DNA from: Carcharhinus amblyrhynchos
Taxonomy: Eukaryota
NCBI GenBank assembly: GCA_965287045.1
Contig: OZ336885.1
Location: forward strand, 38,936,001-39,000,000
Length of the DNA: 64,000 nt
Reading direction: 5' to 3'
The translations under genes and the position numbers were made by a program. Below, one piece after another: positions 23,822 through 36,455 of the stretch; position 1 is the first letter of the stretch; each line of letters opens with the position of its first letter. The notes below the pieces were generated by a model. It was given only the letters and a program-made list of their open reading frames with translations, had not been told where the DNA came from and did not search any database.

Positions 23822-24625
23822 TCTTCTTAGTCAATCCACTGGAATTGAGGATGATATGCTTCCACTGCAGTGCCTTCAGTTCTGAAGTGGCTGATAAGTC
23901 CAAAGCTTGGTGTCCAGACTCCACCACATGTGGGACAGATACTACTTGAAGGGTTGTGTAGATGAGTTGTTTGGCGGGAGAAGAGGGGGTTTGTCCAAAA
24001 CAAAGTCTCTCGTTGAGATTGATGTCTTCTCAAATGACTCTTCCACTTTTTGGTAGGTTCCCGATAAAGGTTGCCCTTGAGTCAGCAGGTATGTTTGATA
24101 TCTTTGTGGATACTTTGTGGACAATCCCTTATTTATTCCAACTGTTCTCCTCGGAGTCAGCCTCCCTGACTGAGTTCTGAGTAGAGCAATTGATTCAGGA
24201 GGCTGGTGTCAGGCATATGAGTAACATGACCCTGCCTGCAGAGCTGGTGAGTAGCACCTGGGCAAGTGGGATTGAGAGAGGCATTGCTGCTGCTGGGCCA
24301 CTTTTCTTGCCACCGGATTTGGAGGACATTGCAAAGGCACAGGTAGTGGAACTTCTCCAGTGGTTTGAGCTACCTGTGGGAGATTGTCTAAGTCTTTGAA
24401 GCACATAGGTGCGTGGAGATCATGGAGAGGAGCTGCAATTTTCATCAATGTAACTGGACCAGGGCAAAAGGAACATTGCCTGGAGATCTGTTCCTGATCC
24501 AGCTGGGATTGCATGTTGCAGAATGCCAGGTGAGGACTGGATTGGATTTTGTTTTGAAGCCCATCTGGTTGAACTAAAGTTTGCTGCTAAGAAATGCCCT
24601 GGAAATTTGGTCATTCAAGTGAAGT
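23822..24625 (-). mobile_element. RTE-clade (BovB-like) LINE 3' fragment
   Basis: C-terminal ICPTCGG...FGLISHFRT motif; upstream decayed LEKFHYLCLCNVLQIRWQE. Confidence 0.75.
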
Positions 24626-26054
24626 ATAGGAATGTATATGAAGGAGCGGGTCAAACATCATAATGCTGGTAGGATGGCTCTGATTGAGTGTAAATGTGTT
24701 ATTTAATTGCGGGGGGGGGGGGTGGAATTGTCAGGCACAGAGATCTGGTAATCAGATGTTAATATATTCTAATGTGTTCCAGACACTGAACCTTGGCATT
24801 CCTCTTGCATCATTGGTGGGAAGAATCACAATGGGAAATCAGTATAGGCCATTTCCCCCAGGACCAGAAAATCAGTGTCTTGAAGAGGAGGAGGAGGAAA
24901 GAAAATATTGAAAAAAAATCTCCATGAAATGAGTTTTGGCACTTTGTAGGGGCAGGGTGGAGATAAGAGATGGTCGTGCACTGCAAGCAACAGCCTAAGC
25001 TATTTCCATAACAATCACTTCAAAGCAGTGTCACTTGCAGCAGGCTCACTTGGACGGTTCACTAATTGTTAAGATGGTTGCAGAAGCAATGTCTTTCATG
25101 CCTTTTCCAATAAAGTTACTATTTTGTGACAGTTTGAAAAAAAGTGTGAGCCTTCTGCAAAAAGCTTTTATATGGAGATTGCATATTTGAAATTCTCAAT
25201 AAACATCCTTAATGTAAAAATCACTGCAGATCCTCATTTTCTCCTGCCATTTTTGATAACATTGAACTACCTGCTTTCTAAGCAGTGATTTTGACAATGT
25301 GATAGCAACGTGAAGATTCCTCAACAGTTTAGGTGGGCTCATGATGACACCGAACCCTTTGAAAGGAACTCGTCAATTCAAAACTGTCTACCTACAATTC
25401 AGATATATTTTCCAGTCAGAACTCGAATACAGAAAGGCAAACAGTGTCACCCTAATACTCAAGTCCAACTAAGTTGCTGGTGATTTTTGATGCAAGAGCT
25501 TTGCTCAGTTGGGCACAAACAAAAACAAACTGTGATGGTAATGATGCTCTTAGCTTATTGACAATAATAGGCAGAGTGTTGTTGTTTTATAATAAAGACC
25601 ATTTTTGACAGTTTCAGAAATGTGATCTATATGTAAAAGCTTTCATCTGCAGACTGCAAATTGACAAAAAAAAGGAAGCTGTAATGTAGAAATCACCGCT
25701 GACTATCATTTTCTGCTGGCATCAAAATCAAAATGGTAATTGTATGAAGTGTAAATGAAGCTTTGATAGGTGTTTGAAAGGGTTCAATTAGAAAAAAAAA
25801 GTTCCAGTCTCTGAATACAGGATAATACTTTAAAATGACTTTTCAGTACTCGGAGAGTTTTCCCTGTCACAGACAAGCTAGCTAGTTATGCAGATGCATT
25901 TGACTGAAATTTCAAATAAAGAAAGGTAGATAGAGTTCTTCTTGGTAGACGTGTAAAGGATTTTTGTAACTTGTGCTGGTTGTCTTTGCATTATCTGAAA
26001 ACTGGTCTATCATGATTATGGATTGAGTCAGATTGTCCTTATGGGCTGTCAGGT

Positions 26055-28367
26055 CTCACAGCCATAGTGCTAGCGGCTTGGATGGAGAGAAATTTGTTGA
26101 GTGTGTTCAGGAGGAATTTCTCATTCAGTATGTGGATGGTCTGACTAGAGACGGGGCAAAACTTAACCTCCTCTTCGTAAATAAGACAGCACAGGGCAGT
26201 GTTGGTGAGGGATCATTTTGGGACAAGTGACCATTATTCCATTATTTTTAAGATAGCTATGTAGAATGATAGATCTGGCCCAAAAGTTATAATTCTAAAT
26301 TGGGGCAAGATCAATTTTGATGGAATTAGACAGGAACTTTGAAAAGTTGATTGAGAGTGTCTGTTGGTAGGCAAAGGGACAACTGGTAAGTGAGAGGCTT
26401 TCAAAAGTGTGTTAACCAGGTTCAGTGTAAGCACATTCCTTTTAGTATGAAGGGCAAGGCTGGTAGAAGTAGGGAACTCTGGATGACTTGGGATATTGAG
26501 GTCCTGGTCAAGAAGAAGGAGGAGGCATATGACATGCATAGGCAGCTGGAATCAGGTGGATCCCTTGAAGAGTATAGAGGGCGTTGGAGTAGAGCTAAGA
26601 GAAACCAGGACAGCAAAAACGGGACACAAAATTGTTTTAACAGATAAGGCAAAGGAGAATCCAAAGACCTCTACAAAGACATGAAGAGCAAAAGAGTAAC
26701 TAGGGAAGGAATAGAACTACTTAAGGATCAACAAAGTCATCTATGTGCAGACCCGCATGAGATGGGTGAGATCCTAAATGAATATTTCTCATCAGTATTT
26801 ACTGTTGCGAAAAGCATGGATGATGGGAACTTGGGGAAAAAATGCTGATGCCTTGAGGAGTGTACGTATCCCCGAGGAGGTGGTGCTGGAATTCTTTAAG
26901 CACATTAGGTAGATAAATCCTTAGGACCTGATGAAGTGTATCCCAGGATGTTGTGGGAGGTTAGGGAGGAAATTGCAGGTCCCTTAGCAGAGATATTTGA
27001 GTCATTGATAACCACAGGTGAGGTGCCTGAAAATAGGAGGATGGCAAATGTTATGCTTTTGTTTAAGAAGGACTACAGAGAAAAACCTTGGAACTAACGT
27101 TTGCAATGGGTACGTTGTTATAAGATATTCTGAAAGGCAGAATCTAGAGGCACTTAGAGAGGCAAGGGCTGATTCAGGACAATCAACGTGCCTTTGAGTG
27201 GAAAATCACGTCTCACGAATTTGATTGAATTTTTTTGAATGGGTAATCAAGAAGGTAGATGAGGGCAGTGCAATTGATATTGTCTACCTGGACTTTAGCA
27301 AGACTTTTGACAAGGTACCGATGATAGGTTGTTGCATTAGGTCAAGTCTCACGGGATCCAGGGTGAGATAGCCAATTGGATACAAAATTGGCTTGATGAC
27401 AGAAGCCAGAGGGTGGCTGCAGAGGATTGTCTTTCAAACTGGAGGTCTGTGATCAGCAGTGTGCCTCGGGGAGTGGTGCTAGGTCCACTGTTATTTGTCA
27501 TTTATATTAATGATTTGGATGAGAGTTTAGGAGACATGGTTAGTAAATAAGCAGATGACACTAAGATTCGTGGCATAGTGGACAGTGAAGAAGGTCATCT
27601 AGAATTGCAATGGGATCTTGATCAATTGGGCCAGTGGGCTGATGAATGAAAATAGAGTTCAATTTCGATAAATGTGAGATGATACATTTTGGTAGATTGA
27701 ACAAGGGCAGGACTTATTCAGTTAATGGTAGGGTGTTGGGGAAAGTTATAGAACAAAGGGATCTAGTGGTATAGGTTCATAGCTCCTGAAAAGTGGAGCC
27801 ACAGTGAAGTGGTGAAGGAGGCATTTGGCATGCCTGGTTGCTTTGGTCAGAACATTGAATACAGGAGTTGAGGTTGTACAAGACATTGATAAGGCCACAC
27901 TTGGAATACTGTGTACAATTCTGGTCACCTATTATAGAAAGAATATTATTAAACTAGAAAGAGCGCAGAAAAGGTTTACTAGGATGCTACTGGGACTTGA
28001 TGATTTGTGTTATAAGGAGAGGCTGAATGGACTGGGACTTTTTTCTGTGGAGCATAGGAGGCTTAGAGGTGATCCCATAGAGGTCTATAAAATAAGAGGG
28101 ACATAGTTGAGGTAGATAGTCAACATCTTTTCCTGAAGTTAGGGGACTCTAAAACTAGAGGGCGTAGGTTTAAGGTGAGAGGGGTGAAATACTCCCACAC
28201 AAAGAGTGGTGGGTGTCTGAAACGAGCTGCCAGAGGTAGTAGTAGAGGCGGTTACAATTTTGTTTCTTAAAAAGCACTTAGGTACATGGGTAAGATTGGT
28301 ATAGAGGGATTTGGGCCATATGTGGACCACTGGGACTAGCTTAGTGGTTAAAACTGGGCAGCATGGA
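26055..28367 (+). mobile_element. Long decayed CR1 ORF2 (endonuclease end through RT to 3' end)
   Basis: GEKFVECVQEEFLIQYVD, VYLDFSKTFDKV, VLGPLLFVIYINDLD, *ADDTK, LERAQKRFTRML; many stops and frameshifts. Confidence 0.93.
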
Positions 28368-28419
28368 AAAGGATAACTCTGAAAAGTTATTTCTTAAAGG
28401 ATCCCAGTTGGTAGAATCC

Positions 28420-28940
28420 TCCTGGGTCAAGAAAAAGATTCAATGGTTTCCATAGAGAATCATCCCAAGTACTTCCCGCAATGCAGAAATCTGTGCTTCA
28501 GGCTCTTTCCCTGGGGATGTACATCAAAATAAATTATAGAGGACTTGAAAGATTTTCCTTGACCTGCCCAAATCTTGTTGGTCTTCTTTGCAGAGCTGTG
28601 GACAATTGAGTGTTGCAAACTGGCACAGTCCAAAGTTCAAGGCTACCTGCTGTGGGACACTCCAAAGCTTGGGACAGCCACATCAAAGGCACGATCGGCA
28701 AAGGACACTACCTAAGGCCCGTCCAGCATAGTACACTAAGGATCTGGAAACTCCTTGGAAATCCTCTTGGGATGTATGCTTGACATGTAAGCAACACTGT
28801 AAGTATTGAAAATGCAATGAGTAACATGATATATGGAAATAAATTGATATATTTTGTACTTTCTATAATGCCAACTTTGAACAGCCAGGTAATGTACTTG
28901 CATGAATTTTGTGAATAAAATATATTTTTGGGAAACAAAA
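28420..28940 (+). mobile_element. Tx1/L1-clade LINE 3' end
   Basis: ECCKLAQSKVQGYLLWDTPKLGTA resembles fish Tx1 ORF2 C-termini (from memory); ends with AATAAA and an A-rich tail. Confidence 0.65.
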
Positions 28941-29061
28941 GTTTGTAACACTCTTGAGTCCATGTGGCGCAGGTACATCCCCAATGCTGTTAGGAAGGGG
29001 AATTCCAAGATTTTGACCCAGTGATAGTGAAAGAAAAACAAACAGTGAAAAAACAGACAAT

Positions 29062-29966
29062 TCCTCTACTTTCTCAGGAGGCTAAGGAAATTCAGCATGT
29101 TCATTGGGCAGCATGGTAGCACAATGGTTAGCACTGCTGCTTCACAGCTCCAGGGACCTGGGTTCGATCCCCGGCTTGAGTCACTGTCTGTGTGGAGTTT
29201 ACACATTCTCCTCGTGTCTGCGTAGGTTTCCTCCAGGTACTCTGGTTTCCTCCCACAGTCCAAAAATGTGTGGGTTAGGTTGATTGGCCATGCTAAATTG
29301 CCCCTTAGTCTCCTGAGAAGTATAGGTTAGAGGGAATAGTGGGTAAAATATATGGGGATAGGGCTTGGGTGGGATTGTGGTTGGTGCAGACTCGATGGAC
29401 CGAATGGCCACTTTCTGTACTGTAGATATTCTATGATATTCACTATGACTATCATCAATTTTTACAGATACACCATAGCAACCATCCTTTCTGGATGTAT
29501 CGCAGCTTGGTATGGCTCCTGCTCTGACCAAGATAGCAAGAAACTACAAAGCGTCATGAACATAGCCTAGGTCATCATGCAAACCAGCCTCCCATTCATT
29601 GACTCCGTCTACATTTCCCACTGCCTCAGAAAAGCATTCAGTATAATCAAGGACCACATGCACCCCAGACGTACTCTCTTCCATCTTCTTCCATCGGGAA
29701 AAAGATGCAAGCTTCTGAGATCATGTACCAACCGACTCAAGAACAGTTTCCTCCTGCTTGCCATCAGAATTTTGAATGGACTTACTATATATTAAGCTGA
29801 TCTTTCTCAGCACCATATCTATGACCACAAAACTATATTCTGCAGCCTCTCCCTTCCTTCTCACCTATGTACTCTATGAATGGTATGTTTTGTCTGTATA
29901 GCATACAAGAAACAATACTTTTCACTGCACCCCAATGCATGTGACAATAATAAGCCAAATCAAATA
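29062..29966 (+). mobile_element. Rex1/Babar LINE 3' fragment containing an HE1
   Basis: LYFLRRLRKFSM before the SINE, then TIINFYRYTIATILSGCIAAWYGSCS; tail tgtgacaataataagccaaatcaaat. Confidence 0.88.
29106..29437 (+). mobile_element. Full-length HE1-like V-SINE
   Basis: A-box-like tggtagcacaatgg, B box ggttcgatccc, V-domain, CR1-type tail. Confidence 0.92.
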
Positions 29967-30221
29967 TAATTTTGAATCAGGATGGAGTGGTGTTCCCAGG
30001 CCTCTGCTGCCCTTGTCCTGCTTGGTAGTACAGGTCATGGGTTTGGAAGATGCTATCAAAGGGGCCTTGCTCCTCCAGTGCCTGTTGTAGATGGTAAACA
30101 CTGCTGGCACTGCATTGGTGTTGGAAGAACTGAATATTCAAGTTGTGAATGTTGCTGACCCATTGTGTAATCATTAGCAAAAATCCCAATTTCTGAAATT
30201 ATGATGGAGTGAAAGTCAAGG

Positions 30222-30396
30222 AACAGATTATCCGGCCAATATCACATTGCTATTTGAAGGAACTTGTGCTCAAATTGGTCGTCTCATTTCCTGTATTATT
30301 ACAATGACCACACTTCAGAATTACTTCATTGAGTGCAAAGTGCTTTGAGATGTCAGGCAGTCGTGAAAAGTGCTAGTTAATTGGTAGTCTTTCTTT
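30222..30396 (+). mobile_element. Deu-SINE 3' fragment
   Basis: Homologous to 250-428. Confidence 0.7.
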
Positions 30397-30487
30397 ACTT
30401 GCTTATATTGGCATCATTAATTTTACAACAGAAATAGTATTAAAGTAAGATCCACGTATTTGGATTCATCACTGTGGGAACTTAGTT

Positions 30488-30745
30488 CTAGAATCCATAG
30501 AATCCCTACATTCCAGGAGTAGGCCATTTGACCCATTGAGTCTGCACTGATTCTCTGAAAGTGCATCTTACCCAGGCACACCACACCACCCCCCTCGCCT
30601 TATCCTTATAATCCCACGAATATACTATTGCCAAACCACCTAACCTCCAAATCTTTGGATGGTGGGAAGAAACCAGAGCACCCGGAGAAAACCCATGTAG
30701 ACATGGGGAGAACATGAAAACTCAACAAGGGCAGTTACCTAAGGT
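30488..30745 (-). mobile_element. HE1-like V-SINE, 5'-truncated
   Basis: V-domain and tail rc gggattctatggattctag. Confidence 0.8.
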
Positions 30746-31704
30746 AGAAGTCTGCAATGTTAAATTTGTAATTCAGTTACATCTGTGAATATTAAATGAG
30801 TGGCATCCCACAATTATCCTGGCACCAAGGCAGTTGATCCAAATTCAGTATTCATTTCAGTATTCATTAACACACAGATAGATACCAGCTACAGGGTCAA
30901 TATTGACTGGGCTACTTATTGAGGTGCCTTCTGGCAAATCTTTCAGGTTTCTGATATTACATTAAATGTTAATTCCAATCATCTTTTTCAGTTACTCCAA
31001 TTCACGAGTTTGTTGCTGCTTTCTGTTCTTTTAGGTTGGAATGTAAATAGAGTAAAACTGAATGCAAAAACACAGCCTGCGGTCAATGTTTGTAGGGGAT
31101 GGGAAATGGATTATGGGAGCTAACATGACTGCCTATGGGTGAGGCCTGGATCATTTTAACTTGGTGGTCCCAAATCAAATACTTTCAGAATTAAACCCAT
31201 GGCAAATGTTGCCATTCTTAACATGGAGGAATGAAAAGTCATGGAGTATCAGGTTGTCTCTGAGGACAGTCCCATGCATGGTGGGTGGGGAAGGAGGGCA
31301 AATGTGAATGACCAGACCTTATGTGAGTTGGAGATGGGGTGGAGGAATAGCTGGAGATATTCTTGTAGATCTCGGGTAGCTCTTCTCAAACAAGTATTTC
31401 GTAATTAGAAAGATTTTTACAAGTTTACCATGGACTCTTCTGATCACAATGTGGACTTGCACCATGCGTTAGATATTAGAGGTCGTCCCATATGGGTCTT
31501 CCAAATGTGAAAGTTAAAGTGCCATTCGGGAGGTAACGAAATCACAATTTTAACATTTAGAGTAGGTTTATGCTATTTTAAATTTCCTAATCTGTGACTG
31601 TTGCTGGCAGGAATGGTGTGGCCTAAATGGTGCTGATACACGGTTTTAACCCCTTCCATACTTGATGGGTGAAGTTTGGACTGTCATTACCTAAGTTATC
31701 TTTC

Positions 31705-32065
31705 TTTTACCTTTTTTTATTCATTCGTGGAATGTGGGCATCGCTGGCTGGCCAGCATTTGTTGCCCATCCCTAGTTGTCTTTGGAGGGCAGTTGAGAGT
31801 CAAACACATTGCTGTGGCTCTGAAGTCACATGTAAGCCAGACCAGATAAGGACGGCAGATTTCTTTTCCTAAAGGACATCAGTGAACCAGTTGGGTTTTT
31901 CTGACAATCATCAATGGTTTCATGGTCGATTCTTAATTCCAGATATTTTTATTGAATTTAAATTCCGCCATCTGCTGTGGCAGGGTTTGAACCCAGGTGC
32001 CCAGAACATTAGCTAAGTTTCTGGATTAACAGTCTAGTGATAATACCCTAGGCTATTGCCTCACC
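31705..32065 (-). mobile_element. SlmI/SacSINE2-like tRNA-derived SINE
   Basis: Reverse complement of 63544-63909; B box rc ggttcaaacc. Confidence 0.85.
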
Positions 32066-33710
32066 TAAAACATTGATTTATCTTTCTCTGAATATTAACT
32101 GACCTGCTGCATATCACTTGCATTTTTTACTTTGAAATAAGCTTGTCTAATCAACTCAGTGCCCTGCTGCGTTTTGTATCAAATACAATCACATCAAAAA
32201 CACAATTGCCCTGTAATATGTCAATCAATAGCAACAGAAGGACAATCAATCGAGGAGAGAAATGATGTGTGGACATTTTCTGAAATGCAACTGGCCAGGA
32301 AACGTCAACCTCAAAGCGATAAGCTGGAACTTCCATTAGCAAAGCTAAATTCCATTCCAACTAATATTGTTCAGAGCATTAATTTACAGCAAGTGACTGC
32401 TGATTTGAGGGGATGTTTAGACAGCTTCCCATGACTATATCTAGTGTAATGGACTAGGAGGACTGTGGGTGGTGCAGGTGTATGTATCCCGGTTGGGGAG
32501 TTTGGCAGGGTGGTCCCTGCCTATTACTCAGTTTTGGATTATAATTTTGACAGTAAGTGAATCTGTCAGAATACGGGTTAATGAAGTAATCCATATATTG
32601 CATTCCATTAAGCCTTAAAGAGAAAGGATCACTTTTTCCATGACTTTCATTTGATATGTTCATTTTCAATCATATAAAATGAAATTATTTTATATTTTAA
32701 TGGCTGCAATTACTCCTCCATGACCATTGCCCAGTTGAAGCTGCAGTCTCCATAGATCAAAATAATCATACAAATGAAAGGCATACCTGAAAAATGAATA
32801 ATATTTTCCAAAGTTTCCAATGCTAGCATGAAGTGTCAGTGGGTTTTTGTGCATGTTATATAATGTTTGCCAATCAATGACCGCTATCAATCATGGCTAT
32901 GTTAAAAACATGCTGATGTTTCAGTAAAGCATGTTATTGTAGCAGCTGCCTAACTACTGTTTGCTTCACTGATGCATTCCACAATGACTCATTGTACCGT
33001 TGTCATTGCATCCATCCCATAAATTCTCCTAACTGTCCTCTAAAAGTTAGGCTGTTGATTTAATGCCAATTAGCGTCAAAATATGGGGAGTTTATGATCG
33101 AGTACCATATACACATACATGTATCAATATATATGTATAAATATATATATGTATCTATAAGTCATCTCTGGATCAAGGCTCTAACAGAGTTAAATATTGC
33201 TGGAAATTATTTTGAGAGAAAAGAGCACCTTGTCCTTGTCTGCAATAGTCCCAACTGACATATCCTTACAGAGATAGAAAGGACACTGGTCTGTGTGACA
33301 TACACTACTGTATAGCACCTACTGAACCATGCTGGTAGAGTAGTGTTGCCAGCAAATTCCAGATTACAGCAAACAATAATTATTTAGGATGCAATGATCA
33401 ACTTGCATTTAGTTTGCTTTCGTCACTAAAAACATTGTTTATAATTTCACCTTGTAGATTGTCTGGTCTGATATTTTTGCTCATTGGTTGGTTTGTTTGC
33501 AGTCATTTGCATTTCCCCTCCCCCACCTCCTCCAGATTTTGGGCACAGCTTTCTTAACTGTTTACAAACAACAAACAGTAGTCCTCCAAGACAGTGAAAC
33601 TACTATTTTCTCACCCATCCCAGGCTTTCTGACTTCATGATTTGCTGATGTGAAAAAGGATTATTGAAAGGCAAGGCAGACCACATAAATAAGTCAAATC
33701 TGACCTATAT

Positions 33711-33830
33711 AAAGCAAAATACTGTGGATGCTGGAAAACTGGAATAAAAACAGAAACCACTAGAAAAACTCAGCAGCTCTGGCAGCGTCCGTGGAGAGAG
33801 AAACAGAATGACTTTCAAATCCATATGATC
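33711..33830. mobile_element. Penelope-like element terminal fragment
   Basis: aaaatactgtggatgctggaaa...aaaactcagcagctctggcagcgtccgtggagagagaaacaga; homologous to 53610 and 35558. Confidence 0.6.
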
Positions 33831-35527
33831 CTCTGATTGCTCTGGAACGGCCCACTGCCTGCCCCAGTCTGTAATACGTCTTCTACTTGTCTTCTAGATG
33901 CCTTTTGCCAAGAGAGGACTGCAGCCCCCGGGTTGGTTACCCACTCTCAGTTCCAATTGGTCTCTCAAATCAGGTGACCCTCTTCTGATGTATTGCCCTA
34001 AAAAGGACAACCACTAAAATCACCACATCCCTCCTCCTTCATCTCTTTTATGCAATCTTCAATAAATAAGCTACTCAGTCCTAAACCTAACTAAATAAGT
34101 TGGACAATTACAAATCAAATCTTTGGGTTCTTTTGTTCTTTCTTGTTGAATGGCATAATTGTTTTGTCTGAGATGCCTCCACAGGATCTGCATTAACAAT
34201 AACTGCAATACCAGATACCTCTTTAAGCACAAGCCATTCACTACTACTTGTCTTAACTTCAGCCAATGGCTTCACCATTAGTCAAGTCTGTTTCCGATGA
34301 AGTGTTGACATGTTTCCATTTTGCAATTTTCTCATTTGCTCTTTTTGGTCATTTAGCATCTTTTGTTGTTGTCCTTTTGGGGTCTTTCATCCTTAATTTG
34401 ATCATTTATTATCATTGTTGCCCTCCTTCTGGGATTTTTTGCCATTGGCCTCTTTCTGGGGTCTTTCAATGCCTCCTCTGAAGTCTACATTTGCCTCTTC
34501 CTTGAGGTCTCTGTTGCTTATGGACATTTTTTGTGAGTTGTCCTCCACCTGGGGTATTTGCCAATTTTCCTGTCCATTGCCATCTGTTTCTTCTTGTGGT
34601 TGCTGCTTTAAATACTTTGCCACATTGAACATAGTACCACTTTAACATGGTCATTTTTTAAACTTTAGTGGCTGCCATTTCTCTCTGTGTGTTTTTCCTG
34701 CGCTTTTGAAATTTTCTTGAACTCTAACTTCTTCCTTTCAAACAGGTTGGGGATATCTCCTCTCTCTAAAATTTCGGAACCTCTCTGCCTGCAGTCCCTC
34801 AGTGCAGGGACCACAACCTGACCCCCTCCACCCCCTGAAGGCTGTGATCTGGAGTCTCAAGTCTCAGTCTCGTCATTTTCCCACGTTCTGGGACTGGACC
34901 TGTAGCTCCCTGGATAATTTTCCCTTTGCACTCAAAGCACTCAACACGCTCTCTTTCTTTTGTTTTATAAAATACAGTGCAGCTACTGTTTTATTTCTTA
35001 AATTGCAAGTCATGCTCTTGCTTCTGAGAACTATTTTCTCTTCATTTTTTTCTGTTTTTCTAAATTTCTGACTGGACCAGCTAATCCAAGCTTGTTCTGC
35101 ATCTGCCCCTCAGTGTCTGGTAATATCTCAACACCTCACTGTCTATTCGCATTCGGGTGAGTATTTCTTTTCTTCCAACTTTGATTAAGCAGGATACTTG
35201 GGGGTGTTGGGCCAGAGGCAATGTTCTCATAATCCATCCCATCCTCACTGCCAATGTATTGATGTACGCTCATAGACTTCATCAGGAACTCAAAAGGTAT
35301 TTATTAACAAGAAAAGACTTTCAGGCCTGTGGTGCTCTCCCCTACCCCAGCTGCCGCGAAATACCCCACCGACTGCTCCAGTCCCTATTTGTCTTCTACA
35401 TGCCTTCTGCGCAGGAGAGGACTCCATCCTTGTGGGTGATTACCCATTCTCAATCCCAATCACCCTCAAGCCAGGCGTTATTTTCTGCTGTGTTGCCCCT
35501 AAAGGGACAATTATCGCAATCACCACA
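33830..35527 (-). mobile_element. Non-autonomous LTR retroelement: 5' LTR 35255-35527, PBS 35236-35253, PPT about 34028-34049, truncated 3' LTR 33830-34027
   Basis: Both direct repeats end atcaccaca (TGTGGTGAT on the - strand); PBS matches the tRNA-Ser(GCU) 3' end at 15/18; purine tract abuts the 3' LTR; AATAAA in the LTR. Confidence 0.75.
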
Positions 35528-35557
35528 CTTTTCATGAGAGAATAGCATTCATAAGGG

Positions 35558-35650
35558 CAAAAATAGAAAATCTCTGCAGGTCTGACAGCATCTATGGAGA
35601 TTGTTCTATTTGTTTTTGTTTCAGATTCCAGCATCTGCAATAACTTGCTT
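35558..35650. mobile_element. Penelope-like terminal fragments in inverted arrangement
   Basis: gcaggtctgacagcatctatggaga followed by tttttgtttcagattccagcatctgca. Confidence 0.55.
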
Positions 35651-36455
35651 TAGCATTTATAGGGACTTCGTTGCTTGGTTACATTCCAGATCGTGGTCTG
35701 GTACACCGCATGGGGGAACTAAAATTGGAAGAGAATAAAAGGGCAGTAAAAGTGCTCAAGGAGTTTAGGGCTATAATTAAGTTGCCATAGCTCAAAGTTA
35801 AGGCTAATTTTAAGTTTTAATTTTGCAAATGCAACTTAAATCCAGTTAAGAATATTTGATGAGTTGTATTTTTGATAATCAACTTGCCCACCACTTTAAA
35901 CTCTTTTCTATTTGCTTCCTGTTCCATATCATTCACTTCAACTTTGAGGGTGCCTGTCATAATCTTGCAGGAACTATTAATGTCACTAAGTTTGGCCAAC
36001 TGGATACACTTTTAGATAGATGTCACACTTCACTTTTGTTCTTTTGAGAGAAATCATTCTTGGGGGACTTAAGGGAACCTGACTAAACTTGCAGTTAAAA
36101 AGAAATAAGTTGAAGTGACAGTGAAAGCTGATGTTTGAATGCTAATTCTGTGCTGGACTTCATTCTCTATTGCTAAGCCTGCGTGCAACTTGAGGGCCCG
36201 CTTTGAAATGAATTATTTCAATATATTTTGCATGTGGGGAATGAATAACTTATTTTAATATTCAATGAGGGTAAACACATGTTAAAATCAGGAATTAAGT
36301 TAAGAATCTCAGATAGTTTTGGTACTGGATAGAAGGATAGATGCAATTTAGAGGATATAAGGACAAATGCCATTTGTAGATTCAGTGTAGAATTGTTCTC
36401 ACGTTCCCTTGAGCTCTGTCACTCCCTAATTCCAAAATGTGTTTCAAAGCATAAA

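Larger units (their letters stand above)
28945..30160 (-). mobile_element. RSg-1-like LINE 3' region split by Rex1 (halves about 28945-29035 and 29967-30160)
   Basis: Reverse-complement homology to 21.55-21.81 kb on both sides of the Rex1. Confidence 0.65.

Noticed and set aside
29106-29175. tRNA-like sequence with A and B boxes
   Set aside because: It is the head of an HE1 SINE, not a tRNA gene; the same applies to the other SINE heads
31073-31683. Possible old MITE (also 48440-48660 and 49150-49370)
   Set aside because: Composition suggests decayed DNA-transposon remnants, but I could not define TIRs or a TSD
32159-32434. Protein-like 91-aa ORF
   Set aside because: No known homology or splice context; better explained as non-coding motif-rich DNA
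32907-32960. Short hairpin aacatgct/agcatgtt next to TAGCAGC (miR-15/16-like seed)
   Set aside because: The stem is only 8 bp and the sequence after the seed matches no miRNA I know
33105-33160. TA-rich simple repeat (also (GA)n near 46255)
   Set aside because: Ordinary degenerate microsatellites
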